A stretch of DNA of 64,000 nt, from NCBI GenBank assembly GCA_964035545.1, contig OZ037773.1, positions 4,989,751 through 5,053,750 on the forward strand, in the 5' to 3' direction. A program made the position numbers and the translations under genes. Below the pieces are notes generated by a model. The model did not search any database. It had not been told where the DNA came from and saw only the letters and a program-made list of their open reading frames with translations. Positions 51,245 to 64,000 of this stretch are shown here, one piece after another. The DNA comes from Bugula neritina. Taxonomy: Eukaryota > Animalia > Bryozoa. Numbering within the stretch: position 1 is the first letter of the stretch; every line of letters starts with the position of its first letter.

Positions 51245-54200
51245 CTCTGTGTAAAATGCCTTATAGGATTTGGTTTGTATTGTAAAAGTATTACAAAACC
51301 CTAGAATGCATCCTGAAACAATTCGTGGCCCACAATGGTATTTCAACTGTCAAGTGCCTACGGTATATTGTGAATTGGCATAGTTTCTCAGGCTAAGCTA
51401 CAACTTTTACTGGGACTCATATGCAGCCCTCGCACTGATCAACTGTTATGCTGAGATTCACAACTATAAATCCAATAGAGTTCAAGTGTTATTGGCAATT
51501 GAAAGTGTATTCAAGCAAACACAGATGAAGGTAAATATTGTTGTAGGATAGAGTGTAGATAGTTTGAGAAATTAGCTCAACGTAAACACATCCACCCAGT
51601 CAGTGCAGTTTTAACTTCTTAGCACTAGAGATTCACACTTGAAAGTGGTAGTGCTAGTAAAAGTATTAGTTATAGTAACAGTAATAGTTATATGAACAAC
51701 TGCTGACCTTTTACTTTTTAGTCAATCAGTGAGATAATTTGGCAGCTACTAAACTTTGCAGGTAGGCCTTTGCTTATATTTAGTGTATTAGATGTTTTCA
51801 TTCATTACTCACCATTTATGCTTAATGTTGGCCCTTTAGCAAAACTTGCTATACCTATTGTCATTATTGACTATTAGTTAATATTATAAAAACGTAAATA
51901 TGTTACAAATATCAGCTTGAAGCACAGTTGAAAATTAAATTCGTTCAGTAGTTTTGTTTTGCTATCTTTTGGCAAATCAAGATAAAACTGGTTTTGTTTT
52001 AACAAGGGAATTCTCAATCGGTCTCTTAAAATTTGGTGGTGTATCTAACAAAAAGTTCTAAATTCAATATTTCTAAAATTGAAAATTCTCATTACTATAT
52101 AATTTTACAATATGCTATTTGTGCTCTTAGTCTTTGTACGTTGAAATTGATCCTAGAAAGTTGAATTCATTTTAACTGCTATTAAAACTAATGGCGGATT
52201 TTAAGTTTGAGCAGCAATTAAGTAATTTTTTATTTATATTTTTTTATATATCTTCTAGAAAATCTCACTTGTAATTAGTAGATGTAAATCAAATTTATTA
52301 AAATTCTCAAGAATTTCCCATAAGATGCTTCATAGAAATATTATAATTTATGGTTTGTTAATTGTTTTGCAGTAAGGAATGTGGCTATAAAGAAGACTAG
52401 GTATGTTTCTAGTTTCTACCCTTTTATATTACTACTTTGAAGTGTTAAGGAAAGGTGTAAATCATTACTTGTGTTGGTAACAAGCATTAGTATATTCACA
52501 TTGACATTCATTATTGACTTTGATAGGACAATGAACTGATTCTCTCAAGTACCGAATCAATACTCTTGTCTATGAAGTTGATGGACTTGAAATGTTTTAC
52601 TTGAAGTCACAGTATCTCATGTCACAAGCATTAGTTAGAGTCACAATCTGCACAAATTCGAAAACTGTCTTCTTCGCAGTTTATTGTGAAGGCAATAACT
52701 CAGCAATTAGCGTGACCTTTCTCCCTTCCCTCAAGTATACGTTTGTAAATTCCTGTTGCTGGACACATTGTTGAAATCACTTCAGATATACTTTACTTTC
52801 ACTAAAAGCTGATCCAAAGGTATTAAAACTTTGCAGGGCTTGTGAAAAGAGTTCTTTGGAAAAAGTAGAAAGTGGCTTTGTTGGTTTCCCATGCATATAT
52901 TGACTAGAAATTAATTAGCTAGCCTATTAATAGACATGAATTATAAATTCCCTTGGCATCTTGCGTGTAGTGTATTCTATTCTATGTAAATGATAGCAAA
53001 AGTTGAAGCCAGGAGCTCTGTAGTTCATGTCCCAATTATATAACAGGAAATTGTAAATAGCTAATATCTGCCAAATATTTATATATAATTGTATTCTAAT
53101 CAGTTATCACCATTCATGTGAACATTATTTCAGCATTCTTCCCTCTCTACTCCCTGCCTATAGCTTTCTTCAAGTGTCAGTAGTATTAAACTTTTTCTAG
53201 AATGGTTCTAAAAGCAGCTCCGAGTTGGTGGTTAATGAGTGCAGTAGTTTAAGGTTTTGGGGTTTAAATAAGTATCAAAGTATTTCTAGAAATGGTAGAA
53301 CAGAACTCATGTCCCTCTCAGAGGTTGTAGTTTTTGCTTAGCTTTGGTTTAGGTTTGGTTTAGTTTTAAGTTTGGGACGTGGTAACTGTAACTCGTATAG
53401 GGTTACTCTACTAGATGCCATCAGAACTCGTGCTTTTTGAAAAAGACTGCATTTCTTCACCTACCTGTGGACTTTGCTGCTCACAGAAAACTGTAATTCT
53501 CGGGTCTGTAGTTTCTTCAGTTGTATTTTTTCACTAAAACTTAGACTATGTCACGACCATCAGTTTCGCAGGAAAACCCGACTTAATACGGCAGCCATTT
53601 TGTTGTAAAAAGTGGGATTTTTATAAATCAACACAGACAGTTTTGTGCACCCAGAGTGCCCATCTGAGCTACTGGGGTGTTCATAACAATATTATAATGA
53701 AAATTATTGTTTAGCTGTACTTGTTGGACTTCCCTTTGTGTTATTTCGAGTGGTTTTGAAAAATCTGATATATTTTTCCTGATTACTGCTCACTTGAAAA
53801 CATCCATTCAGCCAAATTTTTAGAACAGTATCTCTGTACTAATCAGCTGAATCACCTGCTAATAATTTATGGTCCTAGCTGTCAATTCTATTGGTGATAG
53901 AAAACTGGCAATGACTATGTATTGATATATATTCAGTTTATAGTGTTTTACTACAACATGTTATAGATTATAAAACACTTTAGAACTTAGAACAGTTTTA
54001 GTTGTCAGCTAATGTTCACTGTAACACTAATATTTCTCTTTGTGTAGTCAATAAGGAAAGGACACAAATTTAAGTATCCCTTATTTTCACCTCAGGTACA
54101 GCAGTTTTATGGACCCTTTGTGTTAATATTTATAGCATGATAACTTGAACATTCCAGCCTCAATAATGTGAAACTAAGGGCAAAGTGACTGCTTAAACTA

Positions 54201-54936
54201 CATAATTTACAGCATCTCCAGTTTAGACCAGTTAGTCATTTTAATTGAGCTAAAAGTACTTTGCTGTAACTTCTGTTCAATGAATGTTTAAAGTTTTTCC
54301 CCATATTATTCATATCCTAGTTTCAAGTATCTTCAGTAAATAATTTTATCATTTTATAAAAAAATTCTAAGAAAATGTTTTTTTTATGTGAAATAAAAGT
54401 TCTGAGCTGTTCCAAATCTAAATGCTGCTTATGTCAGCATGTCTGGTGTGAGCCGACATCAAATTGTGGCACTCAGCCTTGGGCCCCCTTAATTGGAATT
54501 TCTTGTAAGTTTAAGGTGGATATAAATTGAAGATTAAATTACACCAATTTATTTTGGCAAGACATTTGACAAGTGCATTTATTTGAAGATGGTACATTAA
54601 ACATGTTTTAATACTTTGAACATGGGCTCTGCTTATCTTACAGCGGTTAATTGATTAGAAAGTTGTGGTAAGGTCAACTGTTAACCTAAACAACCGCCCA
54701 TTAGATACCTGCTGCCTGTAAACAATGCCAACAACTATGTCAGCATCTGTGTCATTCTTTAGGCAGCATAACAAGACTGTGATTAACCAAAAGACAGAGA
54801 CAAAGTGATGAAGATTATCAGATAACAATGGGGTAGTTTATTTATAAACACACAATAGAATAAACTTTTGCAAAAAAGTCGGGCCTAACAAAGTACACTT
54901 TCTCTGCAGTGGACCCATTGAAGGCCGTCTAGAAAC

Positions 54937-57900
54937 ATGCAAGCTGTGTACATCGTGTACGCTCTGCTTGGCGCAGTTGGCGTGACCTTGAACTTGGTCA
55001 CACTAATTCTTCGACGAAGATCGAGTCCGACAAGCTCTATCCGCGGAGTATCAGCGGAGCATGGCATATGTCTGGTGATTTCCAATCTCTCCCTTACAGC
55101 GATCTCTATCGCTGGTTTAGTCGCTTCTTTCCAAGATTTATTTCACTGGAGCTCAGTGTTGTGCAATGCTGCCGGTTACATCACAGTCTGTGTGGTGCTG
55201 ACTCACAGTTGGATGTACATGCCGTCCGCTGTCGTTCTGCTGGAGAAGGAGTACCATAAGGTTCGGCTGAGATCATACCAGGGACTGACAAGTCGCATTA
55301 TCTGGTTTATATCGGCGGCCATCTTGGTTACTTGTGCTGTTCTTGTATCAATTTGTTACATTCCTATCACCGAGTTTCAGTTTAGGAGGTGAGTAAATCT
55401 ATATATCTCATTATATTCTTTCATTTATTTACTTCATGAAGTTTTATATTTAAATGATATTGCCTATTGGTATTGATGGTGTAGCAAATCAAAGCTCACC
55501 CTACACTGCTAAGTGAATTCACACTCTGGGGATTTAGACTACATCAGTAAAAACTGCACTCCTTTTTAGTAAAATATGTTTTAAAAATGAAAACTTTCTA
55601 ACTACCAATAAAATTATTTTTAGAAATTCTGAATAATTAATAACTTAGCATTCAAGACTTCCTTTTCAAACTCAAACCCTTCCTATTATAGTTAAATTCA
55701 TAGTTCAAAAGAGGAGTCACATCCTAACTGTATCAACAATACTCAGTATTCAGAACTTACTATAGCTTTATTTTATTTAACTTCTGTTTCTCAAAGGCAA
55801 TGATTATAGTTTTAAAAACAGTTGAAGAGGTTGTTGCCCACATTTGTAATAGAAATTTGGCTGTGCTGGGGGAGGGGTTTAAAATTTTCTTCCTTTTGAA
55901 ACCTGCACTCATTGCTACCAGAATTTTTAGCAAAACGCTAAATTATTTAAAGCACAGAGTATGTTGGCCAAATATCTTGAAACTCTCTTTATATTAAAGT
56001 GAAAATGAAAGTTTTTTTGCCAATTTTTTGTTCCAAAGAGCATTAAGATACATAAAACTTATAATATGCTTGTATTTCCAAGTTCTCGATAGCAAGTTAC
56101 GTACAACCATAGAAAGTACACCTCATTCGAACAGCCATTGAAGAATTATCCTACAAATATATTTCTTTCTTGCAGACAGCTGTTGTGTTTGCCTGTTGCG
56201 TTCTCCAGCCAACCCGGGTACGAGTACACTTTGCTGTTACTCGCTCTGGTGTGGTGTGGAGTTCTCTCCACCTGGCTCTGTGTCGTCGCTTGGTTTATCA
56301 CTTATAGGAAGAACCGAGGGACTGTGAGATACGTAACGGAGCACCATAGGTCATCAGTGTCAGCATGTGTGGAGGTGGGCAACAATACTGGTTTTGACTA
56401 AGTCAGAATTTCCAATAAAATTTTAGTGTTGGGTACCAGATATTAAACTTTAAAAGAACAGATTTGACTATTGTAATTAGAATGACTATATGCAAATTAG
56501 AAACTTGTTTTAAGAACTTGTAAAAATGACATTTAGTAATGTAATTACCGTAAGTAAAGTAATACCTACTGCATAGAATAACAGATATATGTATAGTAAT
56601 GTATGCGCAAGTTTTTCACTAGATTAGAGTTTTGTTGTAATTCAAAAACAAATAAATTGATTTCTATATATAGAGTCAATCTCTACCCATGACAAAAATA
56701 AACTTAGTTTAACCAATGGAATAGACATTCTTAAGATTTTAACTAATGAAGTTATAATTATTTTATTATCTGCTGTGACAATTTTTTGCTTTGACCTTGT
56801 AGATGGCAAACATTAAAAGCAGTTCATAAAAATATATTCTAGACTTTGAGGCAGCGCACAGCATAGTTTCTCTAAGATTAGAAAAATTGGCAAAACATCT
56901 TTGGGTGGATCAGTAAATAAAGTTTAACCCTGCAATAACTGACATACTAAGAATAAATTCGTAGTAGTAGTTTATTGCATCACAATTTTCTATATGGAAA
57001 TTTTTCCAACTGCAATATGAAGAGCATTAAGGGAGCAGCCATGGTCTAGGGGTTAGGGGTTAGGGGTTTGGCTTAGCAAGCATGAAGTCATGGGTTTGAA
57101 CCTCAGTAAAGGCCATTGGTGATTGTAGAAGAAGTATCCAGTCATAATTGCTCCTGTGCCTCATCTGAATAAGTCCTTAGCCAGCTTTAACAAAAACCCT
57201 TTTTATCAGGGGTTTCTCACAGGGATGGCGACTATAAACTTACGTAAGAATATGAAGAGCATTAAACTGCAACATAAATCATGGTTACAGTGAATGTTTG
57301 TTTACATTAGAAGATGTAAATCAGTTCTTGTTTGGTTTAAATATTTTGATTAAAACTCATCTAAGGCATAAATAATTTCTTTTTTTCATGTCAATTGTAA
57401 ATGTAGTACAGAGTATAATATGGTAACACAGCTATTATGTAACATGTAAATATTATAATACTGAATACAGGTGGCTGTCAGCTTCTCTCTCTGGACTGTA
57501 GTTGTCTCTCTTCTGTCCATCTATTTCTGGAGGCAGCTGGAAGACTTGTTACACGCCGCCATCTTCTTATCTCTTCTGCACGCAGCTGGTCACCCAGGCT
57601 ACTCTCTCCTTTCCTATTGGCTCACCAGGTCACATGATGAGGTCAGCGCTGTTTTGAACAGAGACACGCCCACTACTCTCTCGGAGCTCTCTCTCATGAC
57701 AGTCAACCCTGTGAGTAGCAGCAAACTGTAGACTGCACAATCAGTCTCTACCTTAACCTTTCACCTGTCGTATTAGTAGTCAACAATTTGAAACTGTTCA
57801 AAGCAAAGTTGGTTTGTTGTTAGTTATTAAGTTTCTTTATATTCTAATTTTCATTCTATCTTTTTTTAACTAAAAGCTAATTTTTTTCTTTTTATTTTTC

Positions 57901-60900
57901 CCAAGTTTGCACTTTTCTTTAAGCAGTCGTTACTGTTATTTTAACTTATCTTAACTCTTATTTTATGTTGTTTGCTTAAAAAGAGATAGAATAATTTGTT
58001 AACTACTATTTGATTATAAGAGTTGCAAATTGATTGAGTTCTATTTTCACTGCCAACTGGTCAAGCAACTGTTTGTATGTTTGCTGAGGTGATAGAAACG
58101 TTTTTGTTCTAACAGATGACAAAGCAAATTAGGTAATTGGCTAATTGAATGTCAAATTAAGGCTGTATTGGAAATTGATATGGCAGTCTAAGAGCTTTGT
58201 AACTAAATATCTTTCGTCTCCATATGCAGGATAAAAGTGTCCTAAAGTTTCACGGAAAATGGTTGGGCAGGTTTGGGGAAAAGGTAGAAGCAGTTATTAA
58301 AGTTTACAATCAAGATCAGAAGACAAAATGGATGAGAGAAACTAGGGCTATGTTAATTCTGAAAAAGACTGAGCACCCTAACATAGTCAAGTATTTGTGG
58401 GTGGGCCAAGGAGGTGCCTTTACGTTCCCTACTCATGGACTTAGTCAAGAATCTGCTGAGCTTTTAATAAAGCCAAGCCAAAGGTTGGTCTACCTACCTC
58501 ACCAATGCTGCTAATAGGATATTTTTAGTAAAAATACATTCAATCAACAATTAACTTTCCCATTTTCATTAGCATGAAAGAAAATTACTTTTGAATGTTC
58601 ATCAAATTTAAATGGACTGGAAATATCATCTTTAGGTTTTATTTCACTGATTACATGCAAAGTAAGGGTAGTAACTAGAAAAGTTGAGAAAAGCCTGCGT
58701 TCTAGATTAGAACTGTATAAAAATAAAATATGTGCCGTAAACCAAAATTTATTAAAACAGATTCAAGAATTTAGGCTATAGTTTACCAGTATACCAAATT
58801 TAGTTATCTTTGCATAATAGTTGCAACTCAAGTTACATTTATCTGAGTAATAAATCTATGAGTTTAGTCACCAGCTATGCACAGCATGGCTTTACCCTTG
58901 AATAGATGAGAATACGTAGAGAAATTGTCTACACCTGATGGGGAAGCATGGAAACTGCCGCACACACTTGAAATATGAATAATATTTTGAAGACACACAA
59001 TTTACATAACTCTGTAGACTGGTGGTCTATTAATCTATATTTTTTGCTCAAACATATAAATTCTGGTAAACATATTTCTGAAAGTTGAAACTGTAAAATT
59101 ATGTAAGCGGCTCACTTGTGTGTGAACCTTTGCCTTGAGCGAACCTTGATTTAAATTTATGCAAATTCATAATTTTTGAAATGCATTTAAAAGCATGTCA
59201 TATTTATGAATTTATTATAATTATAAGTAGGTGCTTCATGACCTGGTAGGTTCAGCCCTCTCGAGTTGGGTGTGTATAGATTAGCATAGAGGGCAAAGGT
59301 CAAGATATTTTAATACAGTATTTTTAGACGGGGTTTTCATTATACTCTACATATGTCCGTTAGAGTGTTATAGTTTGTATTGCAACCAGTGTAATTTATT
59401 TTCTTTACTATTTTATGAGTTCGGAATTCAAATGTCAAAATTTAATGACTATATTTCTTCCAATACCTACATTTCACATGGTGCGAATCATTACCAAAAA
59501 AATGGTTATGGCGAAGTTCCAATTTTATGAATTATGGTTGAATAATATTATTAAAAATTTGAGTAGTAATACTCAGTCCCTGGTAACACAAATAAGTTCC
59601 TCTTTAGAAAATACTTGACTTTTAATAATATTCAAATGTTTTGATTCTGTCTATAGTGACAGGGATGCTGTAATGTGGAAGTGATGTAACTTGATTAGTC
59701 AACTAACCTATAACATTAAATCTCTCATCCCAATTGCTGTAGCCACTTCAAATTTATGAATTATTATTGTGTTTTCTATATTTTGACCTCTTGTACACAG
59801 AGTTTGTTGAGTTTTTTGCTAGTTTTGCATGCATAATAATATGGCTCAGTGTCAGGTGGTGAAAGCTGCTATAATAGTCGGTTTTAATCAATTTTTTTCG
59901 GGGAAATTCAGCAGTGAGTCATTATTTTGTATCAATGCCTCTGTTCTAAATTAAAACTGTAGCAAAGAAATTTACTGGGGATTAAAATTTACTGAGGAAG
60001 TTAAAGAACTTATATATGTAAAAAAAAGCAAACCATGTTTGGTTATGTTATACATGTTTGATAAAAATATTTTTTAGCTTCAATATTACTGGGTTTTAAA
60101 ATTTATTTCTCCAATAATAATAATTCTTATACCTAAGTCTTTGGTGCATCTCCGGAATTTGTTGAAGGAAAAATCAAATAAGCATTTTAAATATTTTTGG
60201 CTTTGGATAAAGAATAGTTTATAGTAACAAATCTAAATACAGGTGCAATGAGTGAATGTATAAAAATTAGGTAACAATTTTTTGTAAATATTTATGAGTC
60301 CTGGGTTTATATTCTTTACCCAGAAAGAAATATTTTTGGTAATTTCCTTTCAACTTATGTTGACCATATTTTTCATAAATAATGGGAGTTGTCTTTTCTC
60401 TTTCAATATCCAAAATTCGTTCAACCAAGATTCAATAAAACTGATAGTTGTTAAGCAGCTTAGAAAATTTATATTGTTTTGCAATGAAAACATTATTAAC
60501 CAGTTTTTTTGTAAATTTTACCCACAAAAATAATTTTTGTACAAAGAATTTTACACAGCTACCTTTTTCAAATAAATACTATATTCAACTAAATAATAAA
60601 ATTTCTATACAATTTTCTTCTTTGCACCTGCTTGATGACAAATGAAACTCGAATCTATAAATGTCTTTTAGAAAGAAGGACTTCCCCATTTTTCCATTTT
60701 GAGATAAATTAACTCATATTCAATGTGGTTTGCTGAAACTGTTTCCCCATCAGCTTATTATATCTACAAATATAAATATATGTCAACAGCTGTTGTCAAT
60801 TCTGTAGGATGGTATGTGTGGAACACTACAAACATGGCTCTCTGAAAGATCTTCTGCTACACACCCCCAGACTACTTACTGGCAGCACTCTCCGGCACAT

Positions 60901-63791
60901 TGCCATAGGCGTTACGTCAGCACTGGCTCATCTACGGCAGCTACACATTGTACATAATAAACTTTGCTCTCGGACTATCTTCATCAAATCTATAAGCAAG
61001 GTGATCAATTTATGCTAACTATCTATTTTGTAAAAATAAACTTTTCATTGGATGTTTGGAAACAGTTGCATCGAATGAAACCACAACCATAAATTCACTC
61101 ATATGAGCATCCATTCATATAATGCAAAGCTATGGAAACCAGTATATAAAGCAGCAATTTAAATAAAATTCAGTTTAACCTTTTTTCAAATAAAATTTTA
61201 TTTTGACACTGATGAGTAATTTTATTCCAAAAAAAGTTTTTTTATAATTTTTTTCCGTTTTGTTTGTTTTTCTTGCAAAATATGCTTCTGAGAATATAAC
61301 TGGAGTCTCGGCACTTTATGAATGTTGACCAGTCACAGAATTACAGCACAAAATGGTTCCCAACTATCACCTGCAACATCACTGTTTAGTATATGGTTAT
61401 TCTAGAGTGGAACTGTTGTCGTAGTTGTGGGCAGTTTTGAAGAGAGCGAGCAGATAACTCTAGACCACCTCCGGAGTAGTGGAGATCCTCCATCTCGGGA
61501 TCATTGGGGAGCAACTATTCAGTTAGACCAGAAGTTTGCTGCTGATATTCGGAGTTATGCCCTCTTTATTTTTGAGCTTGTCGCTGCCTGGAACAAACAT
61601 AACGGTATGTATTGCTAAATGTGTCACAGTTATTCTGTTTGCATAAATGTTAATTAATTAGCAAAATTATGTTTGAACCAATTTTTGGAGCGGCCGTGGT
61701 CTAGGGGCTATAGCTATTGATTTAGTAAACCGGTAGTCACGGGTTCGAACCCAGATAAAGGTCATTGTTGATGTTAGGAAGAGCATCTCTTTATACCAGG
61801 GTTTCTCATAGGGATAGTGACTACCAACTTGTGTGAGTGAGTTTGAAGAAATTTTTGAATATTTTTTCATGTTTTGCAAATGTGTGTATCTGAAGTTGTC
61901 CTCTTTTCTGACAAAATCAGACCATTTCCGAGAACCTTGTAATTTATGACATGGATAACCGAGAAAATCTACTCAAAGTGTAATTATTGATTTTTCACCA
62001 AATTTTGAAACAATTTTGTGAATATTCAGATCATATGAAAGTTGTAAGCTGTGTAGTTGAATAAAATGTGGTAAGACAACTGACAAAGTTTCAGTTGTGT
62101 TCTTTTTATGTCGGATGTTTTGAAGAAGCATGAACCTTATAAAATATTATTGTTATCAAGTTTGCATATGTCAACTAACTGAGTAAGAATTTTGCCCGTT
62201 GAAAATGTCTGTTTGCTATGGCGCATATAGATAACTGAATCTGAGTAAATATAGCATGTGCAATAAGGATTTCGATTTGTTTCTATAAAATATATACTCT
62301 CATTTCACCGTTTAGTAAAGTTTGCAGGTGATCAGTGACCTGTTCTGTTGTTAGGTCAGCAAATCAAAGCACCGACACACACAGAGGCTGCTGCTGCTGT
62401 CAGCGTAATAAATGAGATGAACTTACACACCCTGCAGAGCTATCATTTGGGTGGCAAGAGGAAAGTTCGACAGAACAAGCCACCTGTAAAGTCCAGGTAA
62501 GCGTATGTTAAGGTGTATACATTTTATATGACTGTTTCTTTGCAATGGAAATTTTGGTTTATTTATTTCTTTATCATATGCTTAGTTTATATATATTTTA
62601 TTCTGGTGAAAAATTGTATTTGAATTTTATATAGTTAATTTACGTCATCAAGTTATTTGCTTTGAAAAATAAAAAAAATTATGTTTTATGACAGTCATCA
62701 AAAGTATAGATTTATTCTAAGTTGAGAAGTTTTACGAAAGAATTAATTGTAATTTAAAGGTTTGTTACATGTTATGTAGAGGTCTATTACATGTTATGTA
62801 GAGGTCTGTTATATGTTATGTAGAGGTCTGTTAATTGTTATGTAGAGGTCTGTTACATAAACCCGAGTTCTGTGAGATTGAGGAAGAGCACCAGTCCCAC
62901 CTCCACCTCCAACGACTGGTGGATGGAGAGGAAATGGCTATAGAAATGGATGATAGCTGTCCAAGTCATCAACAGGAAACCAGCGTGTTACCAGTGGACG
63001 TCATCGTTGACCAGTTTACTTATAACAAGTAAGAGAATTTGCATCTCTTGTTAATTAAAAACTTCAACTATATATGTAGTAGTATAGACTATGAAAGGAA
63101 GTTAGCAGCTGCAGTGTATTTCTATTTAATTGCTTTACTCGATATTTAACTATGTAACTATGTTTACTAGTATTTTATTGATGATTGGTTAAAGAACTGA
63201 AATATTCAACTCAACTAGTTTGCTGTGCAGTCCATGTTACGTTGAATAACCATGAGCTAGTGAAAGTTATTCAGATAACTGAAGTTGATAAAATATCTAG
63301 TCACGTGATATAAAATAGTACGAACATTAACTGATGGTTGCTGGTAGTTCAAACAGCTTTCATGTCAATGCAAATTCTCAGAAAAAATTTTTACATACAA
63401 AAGATTTGTTTTGTTTAGTTAATCCACCAATCAGGTTGCAGGGACATGTTTATACCATGTGACCAACATAGATTTTAACACAATGCGTAAAATATGTCAA
63501 AATTCAGTATTTCAACTCCTAGAGTCATGTTTTTCTTCATATTCCTAATAATTTCTAAGCAACTTAGACTATGATGTTCAGTAATGGTTCATGTTTATCT
63601 TTTTTATTTAAATAATATACTCACATTTTATCCATGCGTCTAACCAATATTATATTCCAGAGCTCGCTATCACCCAGTATTCAGTAGAACAGGAAGTAGT
63701 TCCGCCTGCAGCACCGACTCCGGCTATCCAAAGAGTCTTCTGTCTAACGCTGTCTCTAACGGCAGCGACTTGCATAGTCTGACAACTGCAG
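54937..63791 (+). CDS. 7-transmembrane (rhodopsin/LGR-like) protein fused to a protein pseudokinase domain, 3'-incomplete. Exons: 54937-55388, 56176-56374, 57471-57710, 58230-58483, 60808-61000, 61406-61604, 62355-62496, 62846-63028, 63661-63791
   Basis: Nine exons join in phase with GT-AG and no stop. Seven hydrophobic helices with WSSVLCNAAGYI, CLP, GYEY and HPGY, then AVIK, RE, HPNIV, EHYKHGSLKDLL, HIVHNKL and ADIRSYALFIFEL. Confidence 0.8.
57031..57244 (+). mobile_element. tRNA-derived SINE copy (full length)
   Basis: GGGAGCAGCCATGGTCTAGGGGTTAG...GGTTTGAACC...GACTATAAACTTACG, flanked by the direct repeat AATATGAAGAGCATTAA (about 57014-57030 and 57249-57265), a likely target-site duplication. 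Confidence 0.9.
61687..61835 (+). mobile_element. SINE copy with internal deletion
   Basis: Head GGAGCGGCCGTGGTCTAGGGG...GGTTCGAACCC and tail CAGGGTTTCTCATAGGGATAGTGACTA are present; the central segment is missing. Confidence 0.82.
62763..62857 (+). repeat. 4 x 22-bp tandem repeat spanning a splice acceptor
   Basis: Unit TGTTACATGTTATGTAG|AGGTC. Confidence 0.92.
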
Positions 63792-64000
63792 GTACAGTTT
63801 TTAAATGCTTTCTTATCCATGTGTCCTATATAAACTCAGTTGTACCAATATTTAGTGTAAAGAGTCATGTCATATAAAATTTCAATTTTGCAAAAATGTA
63901 TTATTTTTAACAAGTAGGCTGTTGTGTTTGCTGATTGAACTTAAAGGGTTTAATCGAAAAATTCCACTTTTCATTTTACAACTTTTCAAATCTAAAGGAG

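Noticed and set aside
57046-57066. Telomere-like (TTAGGGG)x3
   Set aside because: It is a local slippage duplication of the SINE A-box region.

Overview
AT-rich, intron-rich invertebrate-type animal genomic DNA; the species cannot be determined from the sequence. Exon chains were assembled by hand from GT/GC-AG sites and codon phase. In order: (1) a complete cytosolic aconitase/iron regulatory protein gene (ACO1/IRP1, minus, 21 core exons, 891 aa) with an extra symmetric 480-nt exon inserted where vertebrate IRP2 has its unique insert, ending in the same CPFH motif; (2) a divergent NKRF-like gene (XTBD, G-patch, R3H); (3) a convergent 112-aa gene of unrecognised family; (4) tRNA-Glu(TTC); (5) ZFYVE19/ANCHR, whose 6.7-kb last intron contains two nested genes: a same-strand degenerate GT10 fucosyltransferase-like gene and an antisense tyrosine-motif-rich single-pass membrane protein; (6) a decayed BEL/Pao LTR retrotransposon with an open gag ORF; (7) a gene fusing a 7-transmembrane rhodopsin/LGR-like domain to a pseudokinase, running off the right edge. 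There are also seven copies of a tRNA-derived SINE and several mini- and microsatellites. The two strongest leads are the possible IRP1/IRP2 splice switch and the GPCR-pseudokinase fusion.
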